The notes: a model not told the origin generated them from the letters alone. A stretch of DNA of 64,000 bases from a virus (IMGVR_UViG_3300035655_000051:34232-98231); one strand, 5' to 3'; counted from the stretch's first letter, positions 45,764-55,389 are shown. A program made the numbers and translations.

Positions 45764-46090
45764 TTAGCAGGGACGGCTCAGGCTCTTGCATCCGATAACA
45801 TGGCCAGCTTCATCACGAACTTGTCGCCCGGGAATTCGAAGATCCTTGCGATTCTTGCACGCATTTGCCACGAGGGCAGACACGACCAGAATTGTTTCGG
45901 GCTCTTCTGCTGGAAGTCCTTCGACATCACCATACACAGTGATTTCATCAGGGATACCGTCAACAGTGGCCGCTACCGTGTAAGAGGTAGCCACACGAGG
46001 CAGGATTCCGCTTGCAGGAATTGTACGGATGATGTCGCCGTTATCGACAACAAAAGAAATCTCGTGAGGTGTGCAGTTGATAACTTTCAT
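45764..46090 (-). CDS. hypothetical protein (108 aa)
   Basis: Protein-like ORF. Confidence 0.45.
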   Translation of the reverse strand: MKVINCTPHEISFVVDNGDIIRTIPASGILPRVATSYTVAATVDGIPDEITVYGDVEGLPAEEPETILVVSALVANACKNRKDLRIPGRQVRDEAGHVIGCKSLSRPC

Positions 46091-46310
46091 TTTCTTGTCC
46101 TTTCGTGTGTGTGTGTAAATGCCCGTTGAGGGGCGTATCGGTAGCGGTATACTATCTTCCCCGTGACCGCCAATCGCACGGCATCGCTCCTTTTGGAGCA
46201 GAGAAAAGAGGTAAAAAGAAAACGCCAGCCGAATTTAATCGAATGACGTTGGGGTTGACTAATTGATTTTATTAAAAGTTTAAACTATAATCTAGCTAAG
46301 AGGTGATACT

Positions 46311-46568
46311 ATGAAACCGAAATTGACTTGTTATAGACCTAAATGTAATAACCCAGTTTTTCAAGATGGATTATGTTATAAGCATTTATGTAACAAACGA
46401 CAAGGAATTGCGAAAAAGAATGGAACATTTATTAAAGTTCGGTTTACGCCAAAAGAACTCAAACAGCTTCAATCCGATAAAATCACTTGCTTAAACTCAA
46501 ATTTGGGAAATGATTCAAGTCCCAAATTAGGTGCAGACGGTCAGTGGAATCACGGTAACAATAAATAA
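46311..46568 (+). CDS. small Cys-rich (zinc-finger-like) protein on the opposite strand
   Basis: CYRPKCNNPVFQDGLCYKHLC; preceded by RBS AGAGGTGAT; the only plus-strand gene inside the leftward block. Confidence 0.45.
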   Translation: MKPKLTCYRPKCNNPVFQDGLCYKHLCNKRQGIAKKNGTFIKVRFTPKELKQLQSDKITCLNSNLGNDSSPKLGADGQWNHGNNK

Positions 46569-46592
46569 CTCATTAACGCTTTCCGCTTTTGA

Positions 46593-47162
46593 TTAAATAG
46601 CCGGATTTAATGGCCTTCTGTCTCTGTTATCAAAAGAAGGACTCATGCCAGTTCCATCCATATATGTCTGCATAGAGCGGTTCAGCTTTTTCTGCTTTCC
46701 GTTCATCTCAATGGATTCGCCGTAAAGAGCGCAGCTAAGTTCAGAGTATCCGTAGCCACTCATAGACGATTGACGATATTTTAGTTTATACTTTTTACGT
46801 CGGATACAGTCAGGATTAGAGGCTTCTTTATGCCAAATAGAAGCCTCTTTTTTCATTTCGTCATGGTTGGGATTTACCATTTTGGTTTCCCACTTGTAAA
46901 GCTTGATACATCCAACCTTTGCCGCTTCGATAACATGACAAACAATAGCTCTATCGGGGATATCGTCCCATCTGGATTTTGTTTTCATGTCACGATGCTT
47001 GAGTCGCATCTCTCCGGTTTTCACGTTCAGACGAGGCTCCGCGACAAATTCCTTGCCATTGAGCGTGCCGTACAGTCCCATATATGGAACTTTGCAGCCA
47101 TTGTACGTCATTCCTTTACGATTGACGCACTGGATAACTATGCCATTTTTGTCTTTAAACAT
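46593..47162 (-). CDS. hypothetical basic protein (189 aa)
   Basis: Protein-like ORF; no confident motif. Confidence 0.5.
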   Translation of the reverse strand: MFKDKNGIVIQCVNRKGMTYNGCKVPYMGLYGTLNGKEFVAEPRLNVKTGEMRLKHRDMKTKSRWDDIPDRAIVCHVIEAAKVGCIKLYKWETKMVNPNHDEMKKEASIWHKEASNPDCIRRKKYKLKYRQSSMSGYGYSELSCALYGESIEMNGKQKKLNRSMQTYMDGTGMSPSFDNRDRRPLNPAI

Positions 47163-47324
47163 TTAGCGCATTACCTCTCTTTTCTTTCAGAATCTTAGTT
47201 TAAAGCCCCCGCGCCACGTCAAGGCGTTCTGAATTTGCGGGAGTGAGCAGTTTAACGTCATGCTCGGGACACTAGATATTATTTTTGATTTCATACCCGG
47301 TGGATTCCTTTCTGATTTTATTAT

Positions 47325-48014
47325 TTAGAACGTGAAGTAGACGGAGCATTCATGGATAAGTTTTCCGTCCTTATTGCTATAAAATTTTGCAAACAGGATT
47401 CGTTTGGTTCTAGTCCAGTTCGACTGCTTATTGATAAACATGTTCTGAATATCTCTCATTGCGTTTTCAAAGCCTACTTTATCCAGCTCATAGCAGAGAG
47501 TTTCAAAACTGTTTGTTTCCTTGTTATGCACTCTTGCTTCCAGAACAAATGGCGCTTTGAATCCGACTTCATCAATGGCTGCATTCGTCACGATGGGATG
47601 AGGATACGTCCAGTACGCGCTTGTGGTGCTCTTGTTTGCTCTGGTGATATCGCCGACTTTTTTGACGACAGGCTTGCACTCAGGACGAGAGTACATGATA
47701 TACCCATCCCTTGCGTTCTCAATATGCAGAACAGGCAGACCAGCAGACAGCATCTTGAACACTGTCTCATCGTCCACATCGGAAAGTCTTTCACCACTTT
47801 CCATGATGACGTTGTACAGAGTGCGAGTGATAATCTCGACATCTGCGTCTGCAAAGTCGTGGGTCAGGTCGTAGGTCAGTTCGTCAAGCTGGTAATAACC
47901 ATGCTCACGGACGTGGTCGGCGTCAATGGTTTCTCTTATGACATAAGGGCAAGACATAGTGATAACCTCTTTTCTGAGTGTACAAAATGCGCCACACTCT
48001 TGAGCGCTACGCAT
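47325..48014 (-). CDS. hypothetical protein (up to 229 aa)
   Basis: Protein-like ORF. Confidence 0.5.
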   Translation of the reverse strand: MRSAQECGAFCTLRKEVITMSCPYVIRETIDADHVREHGYYQLDELTYDLTHDFADADVEIITRTLYNVIMESGERLSDVDDETVFKMLSAGLPVLHIENARDGYIMYSRPECKPVVKKVGDITRANKSTTSAYWTYPHPIVTNAAIDEVGFKAPFVLEARVHNKETNSFETLCYELDKVGFENAMRDIQNMFINKQSNWTRTKRILFAKFYSNKDGKLIHECSVYFTF

Positions 48015-48076
48015 ACCGCGTTGGAAAGAGGCCGCTTTGAACGGTGCGACCTCGAAAGGGTATCCGTTAGTGCGTG

Positions 48077-48928
48077 TTACTGCTCAGCCTTGGCAAAGAA
48101 CTTGCTCTTGCTTGCAAAGTCGTACTTCGAGGAACGCGCCTTGCCATCAAAAGACAGACCCTTGGAGATGGTGACAACAATCTCGTCAATCATGGCCTTG
48201 TCGCCGATGCCCTTGACAGAGCCCTGTTTTGCGCGGTTTGCTGCAATCTTGAGATATTTGACGTCACAAGACAGCGCGGTGCAAGTTGCAGACAGTTCCT
48301 CGGGGAGCATGGCGTTCCAAATGGCCTGGAGCTGAGCAAGACGCTTGCCCTTGTTGATAGGACCGATAAAGCAGTCCAAACCCATATCTTTGAGAGTCTC
48401 CTCGACCTTAGTGCTACGAACCATCTTGGCCGCGTTGAGTTCGGTTGCAGTCTCCTCAGAGAGCATACCGTTGAACAGCATAATCAGCTTTTCGTAACGG
48501 CCATCGGAGCAGAGAGAAACCGCCTTGTTGGGCATAGGCTCTCCCTTGTCGTTGGTTTCAACAGCGTTCAGGGTCTGGTAATACTTTTCGAGGGTCTTGA
48601 ACTTGATAAGCATCTTTGCATCCTGGGTGGACAGAACCATAGTCTTGGGGTCAGTGGTGATCTTCACGCCGGCGTAGTAGGGGTTAGGAGCGTAGGAGCG
48701 CCACATTTCAGCGCGTTCCATAGCACAGAACTCAGCACACTTTGCATCACAGGCGGCCTTGTTGGAATTTTCGACTGCCTTGTTGAGCGTAGCGGTGACG
48801 TTCTGAGACTGCTCAGCGGTCAGAACGGTTTTCTGGTCGTTCAAGAACTTTACCAGTTCAGGGATGGTCAGTTCGTTCAGCTTGCCCGCCTTAGCAATGG
48901 CATCGTAGTCAGCATAAACTTTCAGCAT
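48077..48928 (-). CDS. hypothetical protein (283 aa), first gene of the leftward block
   Basis: Protein-like ORF immediately leftward of the divergent control region. Confidence 0.55.
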   Translation of the reverse strand: MLKVYADYDAIAKAGKLNELTIPELVKFLNDQKTVLTAEQSQNVTATLNKAVENSNKAACDAKCAEFCAMERAEMWRSYAPNPYYAGVKITTDPKTMVLSTQDAKMLIKFKTLEKYYQTLNAVETNDKGEPMPNKAVSLCSDGRYEKLIMLFNGMLSEETATELNAAKMVRSTKVEETLKDMGLDCFIGPINKGKRLAQLQAIWNAMLPEELSATCTALSCDVKYLKIAANRAKQGSVKGIGDKAMIDEIVVTISKGLSFDGKARSSKYDFASKSKFFAKAEQ

Positions 48929-50310
48929 AATAGTTACCTCTTATCTTATAAAAACTTGCACTAAACCGGATTGTTTAGCGCTCTGGTACGGTACGCTTTT
49001 GGAGAGTGCATACCGATGACCGTCTCTTTTATGTAAAGCCACACTTGTAGCTTATATGCTTTTGGGAATGTGCTTTTCTCTAGGCCATTGCACTGTTGCC
49101 CGTGTTCCATTATGGCACGGACTTATACAGCCCGTGTGCTGTCCATCGTGCGTTAGTTAGTCTTGGCGCACTTTACCCATCTGGAACTAATGGTGTTCTT
49201 TTGCTTGCACCCTTGCCCGCTATTCTAGCTTATAGTAGGGGTGGTACAAGAGCTTTTTTCTCCTCTAGGCGGTTCTACGCCATCAAACAACCGTTGCTAT
49301 CTTTGGAATTGTATCTATTGTCGCCAGCTCTGGCCTTGGCGTTTTCTACAAAACTATGCTTACGCATAACAGTCCCCGTGGTGTTATCTTAGGTTCTGCC
49401 TTTTGTTCAGTTTTCAAGGTACTCCGCCCCCCGCACTTCTCCCACGTTCTTGGGAATTATGCCGGTAATGTTTGGCCATCGGGGTTTGGGCGCACTAATT
49501 GCTCAGATAGGAGACCCATGTTTTGAAATGGCAAGGCATAAACCTTGACCGGATACCCGGCGCGGTATAAACCGCCCACATGGGAAAATCCAAACTTTGC
49601 AATTTTCAAGGTGCGACTACTCCCCGGGGTGCGGGTGCCGTTCCGGTGTTTCCCGCTCCCCTTGGAGTGACTATACAATACCATATCCAGATTTTTTGTA
49701 AAGCAATAGTCTATGCGCCAAAATCCACCGCCCACAAAAACGGAATGGAAGTCGCCTATATATAAATAGGTATAAATTCCGTATTCAGGGACTACCTAAT
49801 CCCACCTTTTAACAAAAGGTCATATTAGCCGAAAAACCGCATGAATCCTAGAAATAACGGATGATTGACAGGGCAAGAGGGGGGCAGGTTGAAAATCCGG
49901 GGTCAGCCCGCGCGAAGCCCGAAGGGCTTAGTTGTTTCATCTCCCCATCACGTCCCAAATCTCCCGAGCTCGCTACTGCGTTCACAACATTTCTACATCC
50001 ATCTGTGCAGCACCTCACTTCCCAATTTTAATCTCAACAGCCATGTCAACCACCGCTCTGCAGCCCCTATTTCCACCCATCAAGATCGCACAGCTGTCGC
50101 CTACAACACCACACGCCGCCATACCACAGTACATTGCTGCGTAGCCAAAAAACGTCCCGAAGCCTCACCCGGTAAACAACGTATTATCGTTCAAATTTAC
50201 ATGGTATTATATTGTTACAAATTGCGCCTATCATCGTAATTTCATCCCGCTAGTATCCCATAAAGACCAAAATTCACTTCCCTGATCGCTCAAATTTCGC
50301 TCATTTTTTG

Positions 50311-50381
50311 ATCAAAAACGTTAAATTTTGCCCTAAAAACGCTAAAAATGCCACTAAAAACGCACATTTCACGCATAAACG
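50311..50381. repeat. phased CTAAAAACG iteron-like repeats (5 copies at about 10-bp spacing)
   Basis: gatcaaaaacg...ccctaaaaacgctaaaaatgccactaaaaacgcacatttcacgcataaacg in the divergent intergenic region; candidate origin or regulator-binding array. Confidence 0.4.
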
Positions 50382-50465
50382 CTGTTAAACACTCCATTAA
50401 GCAGCTGTCCTGCGCAGCATCGCTAAAAAACAACGTATCGCCCCGGAAAATATATGCAATTTCGC

Positions 50466-50494
50466 TTGCAAATAACAAAAATTTGGTGTATAAT
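50466..50494 (+). promoter_or_regulatory. sigma70-type promoter (TTGCAA-17 nt-TGTGTATAAT, extended -10) for the rightward block
   Basis: Seen directly: cTTGCAAataacaaaaatttgGTGTATAATat. Confidence 0.5.
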
Positions 50495-50504
50495 ATAGGT
50501 ATGA

Positions 50505-50528
50505 TATATTTAAGTCCCGTTTGTGCTG
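50505..50528 (-). promoter_or_regulatory. conserved promoter-like motif, copy 5, facing the ORF-free 48.9-50.3 kb region
   Basis: atatatttaagtcccgtttgtgctg in the same orientation as the other four copies. Here no protein-coding gene follows on the minus strand. Confidence 0.35.
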
Positions 50529-50652
50529 CTGAGAGCATTTCTCGCCCGCTATGTTCTGGCAGCTCAAAATTTCGCCCTTACAAACAGTACTTAAACATAT
50601 TAACCGTAAACGATATCCAATACATCCTTATCAAGGAGGACAATGATCCACT

Positions 50653-51999
50653 ATGAAATTCTATGATACCTCTGCCCTACTAGATCTCCCGCCTGATACT
50701 CTTCTGGCAGAGCCGTTCCTAATTGCTGACATCACTCTCTATGAGCTGGAAGACATCAAGACTAGTGGCAAGAAGGATGAAGCCACCAAAGCTAAGGCAC
50801 GCACCGTCACTCGCCTGCTCGCCGAACATCCAGCAGCGTACACAGTAGTATCTATTGATTACCATCAGCTATTCTCGATCCTGAATGATGTCCCAGTCAA
50901 AGACAACAACGACGGAACGATTATGGCTGCTGCTCGATGGTATCTGAATGAACTGATTGAAAAGAAAGAAGACGCAGAGAAGATTCAGACCAGAACAGGA
51001 GTGTTTGAAAAGTCGGCCGCAGATGAACTTGTAGCCAAGACGACTGCTGATGTTGATTCCTTCTGTTTTGTTACCAGTGACCTAAGCTGCTTCAATCTTG
51101 CGCAGCGGGTTATGAAACTGCCCTGTGAGTTATCTCTTGACTCCTGCGGTGCTCACAATGACTACACTGGCTGGACAGAGGTTGCCCTAGAAGATAGCGG
51201 CGAAGAAGCATTGGCAATGGCCTACTCCAAAGACGTCGAGCAGAAGAACCTGTTTGATACGCCCACGAACGGTTATGTCTTGATTCCAAATGCCGACGCT
51301 GATGGTAACACAGCTGGACTTCGCTGGGATGGCTCGCATTATGTACCTATTAAGTATAAGAATCTGAATACCGCATACTCTGGTAAGATCAAACCACTCA
51401 ACAATCAGCAAAAACTTGCCTTTGACCTACTTCAGAATGACGATATTACAATCAAACTGCTTCTTGGTGTGTATGGCAGCGGCAAGGACTTCCTGATGGT
51501 TAATCATGCTGTTGATCTGATCGAAAAGGGCAAGTATGACAAGATCGTCTGGGTTCGCAACAATATTGAGGTCAAGGACACAAAAGAAATTGGCTTCCTG
51601 CCCGGCTCTATGCTTGAAAAGGTATATCCGTTCGCGGCGAATCTGGCCGATTGTCTTGGCGGCGAGGTTGCATTGGAGCGAGCTATCACTGATGGATGGG
51701 TAGAGATTCAGCCGCTCGGCTTTATTCGTGGACGCAGCTTCAATCGATCTATAATTTATTGCAGTGAAGCGGAAAACCTCACCAAGCAGCATATTCAGTT
51801 ATTGATTGGTCGAGTTGGTGAGGGCAGCACACTGTGGATTAACGGTGATTTGAGACAGATTGACGATGTAGCTTTCGAACGAAATAACGGCATTCAGAAG
51901 TTGATTGATAAACTGGCAGGAAATGAACGCTTTGGAACGGTTTACTTCCCTATTACGGAACGTTCTGAGACAGCCCGTCTAGCTGACATGCTTGATTGA
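50653..51999 (+). CDS. phoH: PIN-domain plus PhoH-like ATPase (PhoH2-type)
   Basis: N-terminal PIN-like MKFYDTSALLDLP...; C-terminal PhoH signatures GFIRGRSFNRSIIYCSEAENLT and LLIGRVGEGSTLWINGDLRQID; Walker A variant GVYGSGKD. Confidence 0.75.
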   Translation: MKFYDTSALLDLPPDTLLAEPFLIADITLYELEDIKTSGKKDEATKAKARTVTRLLAEHPAAYTVVSIDYHQLFSILNDVPVKDNNDGTIMAAARWYLNELIEKKEDAEKIQTRTGVFEKSAADELVAKTTADVDSFCFVTSDLSCFNLAQRVMKLPCELSLDSCGAHNDYTGWTEVALEDSGEEALAMAYSKDVEQKNLFDTPTNGYVLIPNADADGNTAGLRWDGSHYVPIKYKNLNTAYSGKIKPLNNQQKLAFDLLQNDDITIKLLLGVYGSGKDFLMVNHAVDLIEKGKYDKIVWVRNNIEVKDTKEIGFLPGSMLEKVYPFAANLADCLGGEVALERAITDGWVEIQPLGFIRGRSFNRSIIYCSEAENLTKQHIQLLIGRVGEGSTLWINGDLRQIDDVAFERNNGIQKLIDKLAGNERFGTVYFPITERSETARLADMLD

Positions 52000-52408
52000 G
52001 GAGTCGCGCAAGATGATGGAAGTAAAAATAAGCGGCCTGAAAGTAGCGGACTACTGGTCTCCTACCGACGGATGGAACTATGACGCCATTGATAGTCTTG
52101 CAAAAGAATTGTGTGACCGCTATCGAGAAGCTGAAGCCGAACTGACAGTAGAGTTATTCAAAAACTACATGGAAGAACAAGTTGGGTGGATGATTCGACC
52201 GTTTGTTCGTCGAGGTATGAAAACCAGCGAACGAATGTTTATAGACGCCATAGCTTATCAAGCCATAGAAAAGATACTTACTTCTGATATTGACAAATTG
52301 GTCACACTAAATGAAATGCGAAAAGAGTTAGAAGACGTAGCCTTGCATCGATATTTGATTACGCCGTTTGGTAAATTACATAAAGCTGCGCAAGCAGTAG
52401 GAGAATGA
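51992..52408 (+). CDS. hypothetical protein (138 aa)
   Basis: Protein-like ORF. Confidence 0.5.
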   Translation: MIEESRKMMEVKISGLKVADYWSPTDGWNYDAIDSLAKELCDRYREAEAELTVELFKNYMEEQVGWMIRPFVRRGMKTSERMFIDAIAYQAIEKILTSDIDKLVTLNEMRKELEDVALHRYLITPFGKLHKAAQAVGE

Positions 52409-53181
52409 ATATGACTGACATTATTTTATCTGTCGAAAACAATGAAGCAGTGGTATCCAGCCGCCAGATTGCTGAAAATTTTGGAAAACGGCATAACGAT
52501 GTGATGGAAGCAATTCGTAGTATTTTAGCTACGGAAAATTCCGTAACTAAATTTTTTCACGAGTCAACGTTTGAATATAGAGGCCAAACTTTTCCGATGT
52601 ATTTAATGAATCGTGACGGATTTAGTTTACTCGTTATGGGGTTTACTGGTAAATCAGCGCTGGAATGGAAAGTCAAATACATCACAGCATTCAATGAGAT
52701 GGAGAAGCAGCTTACCCAACCAAAGCAGTTATCCAAAACAGAGATTTTATCTCAGGCACTTTTGATTGCTCATGAAGAACTTGAAGAAAGCAAAAAGCAA
52801 ATCACAGCCTTAACGGCAAAAAATGCAGAGCTTATCCCAAAAGCAGAATTCGCAGACGCAATTAGCGCGTCGAAGGCAAGTGTTCTTATTGGTAGTTTCG
52901 CTATTGTGCTAAAGCAGGATGGTTGCGACATTGGCCAAAACCGCCTGTTCAGATATTTACGTGAAAACGGATATCTCATCTCGCAAAAGGGCGATAGATA
53001 CAACACGCCAACACAATGGGCTATGGAGATGGGATTGTTCGAGGTTGAGACTACCCTTTTTACCACAGCTTATGGTAATGCAAAAATTTCTTACACCACA
53101 CGAATCACTCCAAAAGGACAGCAACATCTCATTAATAAACTTGTAAAAAAGTGCGATTCGAATTTGATGGATGTCGTATGA
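52405..53181 (+). CDS. phage regulatory protein Rha N-domain fused to antirepressor KilA-C-type C-domain
   Basis: N-terminus ...VVSSRQIAENFGKRHNDVMEAIRSI... (Rha pattern); C-terminal half ...GSFAIVLKQDGCDIGQNRLFRYLRENGYLISQ... (ANT/KilA-C pattern). Confidence 0.65.
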   Translation: MNMTDIILSVENNEAVVSSRQIAENFGKRHNDVMEAIRSILATENSVTKFFHESTFEYRGQTFPMYLMNRDGFSLLVMGFTGKSALEWKVKYITAFNEMEKQLTQPKQLSKTEILSQALLIAHEELEESKKQITALTAKNAELIPKAEFADAISASKASVLIGSFAIVLKQDGCDIGQNRLFRYLRENGYLISQKGDRYNTPTQWAMEMGLFEVETTLFTTAYGNAKISYTTRITPKGQQHLINKLVKKCDSNLMDVV

Positions 53182-53663
53182 TAGAGGCTTTACAAAATAT
53201 GGAAAAATTTATCGCCCCACGCGGCAGTGGCCGCACCTATCAAATATGTAAATACGCAATTGAAAATGACTGTGACATTATTGTGCCAACGATAAATCAG
53301 TTTAACTACATTGTTGACACAATACAAAAAATATGTTCTGCCTCTGATGGAGAATGGATTTATTGTGGCATTGATAAGCCTGCAGCCACGGTTAACGTTG
53401 CAGTATGGAATGGTCAGCGGCAAATAAAAATTTATGACGCTGGAATTCTTACTATTGCATATTTTATGCATAGTACAAAACCAGTTGTGATCGATGATAT
53501 TGATAAATGTATGGACTACATTGTTGGTAATCGCATGATAGCCGCCTGCTCTATAGCTACGTATGACCCGTCTGATGTCGCATTTCACCCTGAAATCACA
53601 GATGCAGATGATACGGCCATAGGAAGACCAACGCTGCAACTAACCTGTAGGAGTTTGCTATGA
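53151..53663 (+). CDS. CKSLL-tail family member 7 (170 aa, ends ...LQLTCRSLL)
   Basis: Unrelated N-terminal region with the conserved C-terminal tail. Confidence 0.6.
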   Translation: MRFEFDGCRMIEALQNMEKFIAPRGSGRTYQICKYAIENDCDIIVPTINQFNYIVDTIQKICSASDGEWIYCGIDKPAATVNVAVWNGQRQIKIYDAGILTIAYFMHSTKPVVIDDIDKCMDYIVGNRMIAACSIATYDPSDVAFHPEITDADDTAIGRPTLQLTCRSLL

Positions 53664-54004
53664 CAACAGATATTTTTGGAATGACTAATTACAAGAAGAA
53701 TGAGAAAGAAATATTAGAACTCGCAAGTAAGGAAATCTGTGAACAGCTTAGCGAAGAGCTTAATAAAAAAATAGATTCTATTGTAATTCATGTCGATGTA
53801 GACCGCAGATACATACATTATGATCCTCCGTCATCTTTTATGATAAATTCAATGGAGATCTTTAAAGTTGATATCATGTCCGGGTCGCATTTGGAGACAA
53901 TCGAGGGGAAGGCTGCAGAAAGTATTTATAAGCGATATCTTGAATTGGTTGGCAAATATGCGTTGCAATTCAAAAAACCGTTTACCTGTAAGAGCCTATT
54001 ATAA
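53660..54004 (+). CDS. CKSLL-tail family member 8 (114 aa, ends ...FKKPFTCKSLL)
   Basis: Conserved tail; ATGA overlap with the upstream gene. Confidence 0.6.
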   Translation: MTTDIFGMTNYKKNEKEILELASKEICEQLSEELNKKIDSIVIHVDVDRRYIHYDPPSSFMINSMEIFKVDIMSGSHLETIEGKAAESIYKRYLELVGKYALQFKKPFTCKSLL

Positions 54005-54030
54005 ACTCAACAGTTGGAGGACCCCATGGT

Positions 54031-54294
54031 ATGACACGAGAAGAAATTATAAAAGAAGCGATGGGTTACGCACAAATTGGACGCTTCGGTTACTACAAAG
54101 GAACTTACGATGAGATGTTAGCTGTTTTAAAATGTTTTGCTGATACTGATGCAGAATACGTGAATTTTCAAGATATGCGATGGCACTTAGATGAGAAAAA
54201 CGGAAGACTCTATTATGAACGCTTGTTTGATCAATGGGAGCCAAAACCAACGCCATGGTATCAAAAGCCATTTACCTGTAGGAGTTTATTATGA
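54031..54294 (+). CDS. CKSLL-tail family member 9 (87 aa, ends ...YQKPFTCRSLL)
   Basis: Conserved tail. Confidence 0.6.
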   Translation: MTREEIIKEAMGYAQIGRFGYYKGTYDEMLAVLKCFADTDAEYVNFQDMRWHLDEKNGRLYYERLFDQWEPKPTPWYQKPFTCRSLL

Positions 54295-54503
54295 ATCACA
54301 CTGTAACTGCCAGAGTCGCAATGCTGACTTCTGCAAATTATGACGCCAAAAACGGAATCTATGTCCCATTAAGTGACAACAACATGGTGTGGGTCATGCC
54401 ATTCAAATCGTATCGCGATCTTAGAGCGTGGTATTTAAGAGCAAACGATGGTTCAAAAATATTTCATTAGATATGGTTTGGACCCGGGTATACATATAAT
54501 TCC

Positions 54504-54710
54504 ATGAGCGATGTAGCGACACGACTTGCGAAAGAGTTTGATCAGCTTAATGATGTGGATTATTGCAGACTTGCCAATAAAGATGGCATTTTAGATTTGT
54601 TCCATCCTATTGAACTTGACTATACATGGACTTGGGACCATGTCGTAAAAATCAAAGCACCATGGTATGAACGGAATAAAAAGAATCTAGTATGCCACAG
54701 TTTATTATAA
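54504..54710 (+). CDS. CKSLL-tail family member 10 (68 aa, ends ...NKKNLVCHSLL)
   Basis: Variant tail (His in place of Lys/Arg). Confidence 0.55.
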   Translation: MSDVATRLAKEFDQLNDVDYCRLANKDGILDLFHPIELDYTWTWDHVVKIKAPWYERNKKNLVCHSLL

Positions 54711-54741
54711 GTGCGCAGCAGCGCCGCAGAGGGAACTCGCA

Positions 54742-55152
54742 ATGAGAGTATTATTCGTAAAACCAGAAAACTACCAAGCAGTATGTAACTGGTATGACAG
54801 ATTAAAAGAAGTAAAAAATCATCCAAAGACAACTGTAATATGTCAGAGCCCAGAAGAGTTCCGCGCACAGTTCGACAAAGATAAATTTGGAGTCAGATAT
54901 ACTACTTTCTATTTCGATGAAGAATTTGGAATGATCAACACTGTAAAATGTTTCAAAGAATTTGTGAGACTATATGGCGATGAGGATGCGCGTTATATAT
55001 CTGCAACAATGAAAATGAGAACCATCAACATTGACCGATTATTATGGGCTGGTGATTTCAATGTATTTAAAGGATTTTGTATTGAGCCCGACTGTATTGA
55101 TGATGTTATCAGAAGCGCGAAAAGACCGTTGTCATGTAAGAGTCTGTTGTAA
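54742..55152 (+). CDS. CKSLL-tail family member 11 (136 aa, ends ...AKRPLSCKSLL)
   Basis: Conserved tail. Confidence 0.6.
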   Translation: MRVLFVKPENYQAVCNWYDRLKEVKNHPKTTVICQSPEEFRAQFDKDKFGVRYTTFYFDEEFGMINTVKCFKEFVRLYGDEDARYISATMKMRTINIDRLLWAGDFNVFKGFCIEPDCIDDVIRSAKRPLSCKSLL

Positions 55153-55167
55153 TAGGAGATTAACAAA

Positions 55168-55389
55168 ATGGATGTTATTGACTTAGATCTTATTGGGAAT
55201 CCAGAGAACCCTTATCGTTATTGGATATCAAACGATTTAGCAAAAAATGCAACCATTACTATTCCAAAAGAACAGCCTGTAAAAGAATCAGCATGGGATA
55301 GAATAAAAACCATAGAAGAACAAATCGCAGATATTTACGACCAATTAGATAAACTAAAGAAGCCACTTCGGTGCAAATCGCTTCTATAA
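55168..55389 (+). CDS. CKSLL-tail family member 12 (73 aa, ends ...LKKPLRCKSLL)
   Basis: Conserved tail. Confidence 0.6.
   Translation: MDVIDLDLIGNPENPYRYWISNDLAKNATITIPKEQPVKESAWDRIKTIEEQIADIYDQLDKLKKPLRCKSLL

Noticed and set aside
46593-47162. HNH/NUMOD homing endonuclease assignment for the 189-aa basic protein
   Set aside because: His and Asn residues are scattered, but no clear HNH (HH...N...H), GIY-YIG or NUMOD motif could be aligned by eye. Left as hypothetical.
49096-50239. ORFs inside the 48.9-50.3 kb region (49096..49392, 49865..50239, 49932..50144, 50290..50538, 50348..50656)
   Set aside because: They are Pro/Ser/His/Ala-rich, mutually overlapping, without RBSs, and their composition does not look protein-like. 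The region is treated as non-coding.
53973-54002. The conserved CKSLL region being a nucleotide-level element (RBS for the next gene, or a terminator) rather than a peptide
   Set aside because: Copies differ at synonymous third positions while keeping the amino acids. Downstream genes have their own separate GGAGG RBSs. Spacing to the next start codon varies from overlapping to 30 nt.
17934-55389. CKSLL as a eukaryote-style CaaX prenylation box
   Set aside because: CaaX has three residues after the Cys and these tails have four (C-K-S-L-L). Prenyltransferases of that kind are not expected in a phage or bacterial context.
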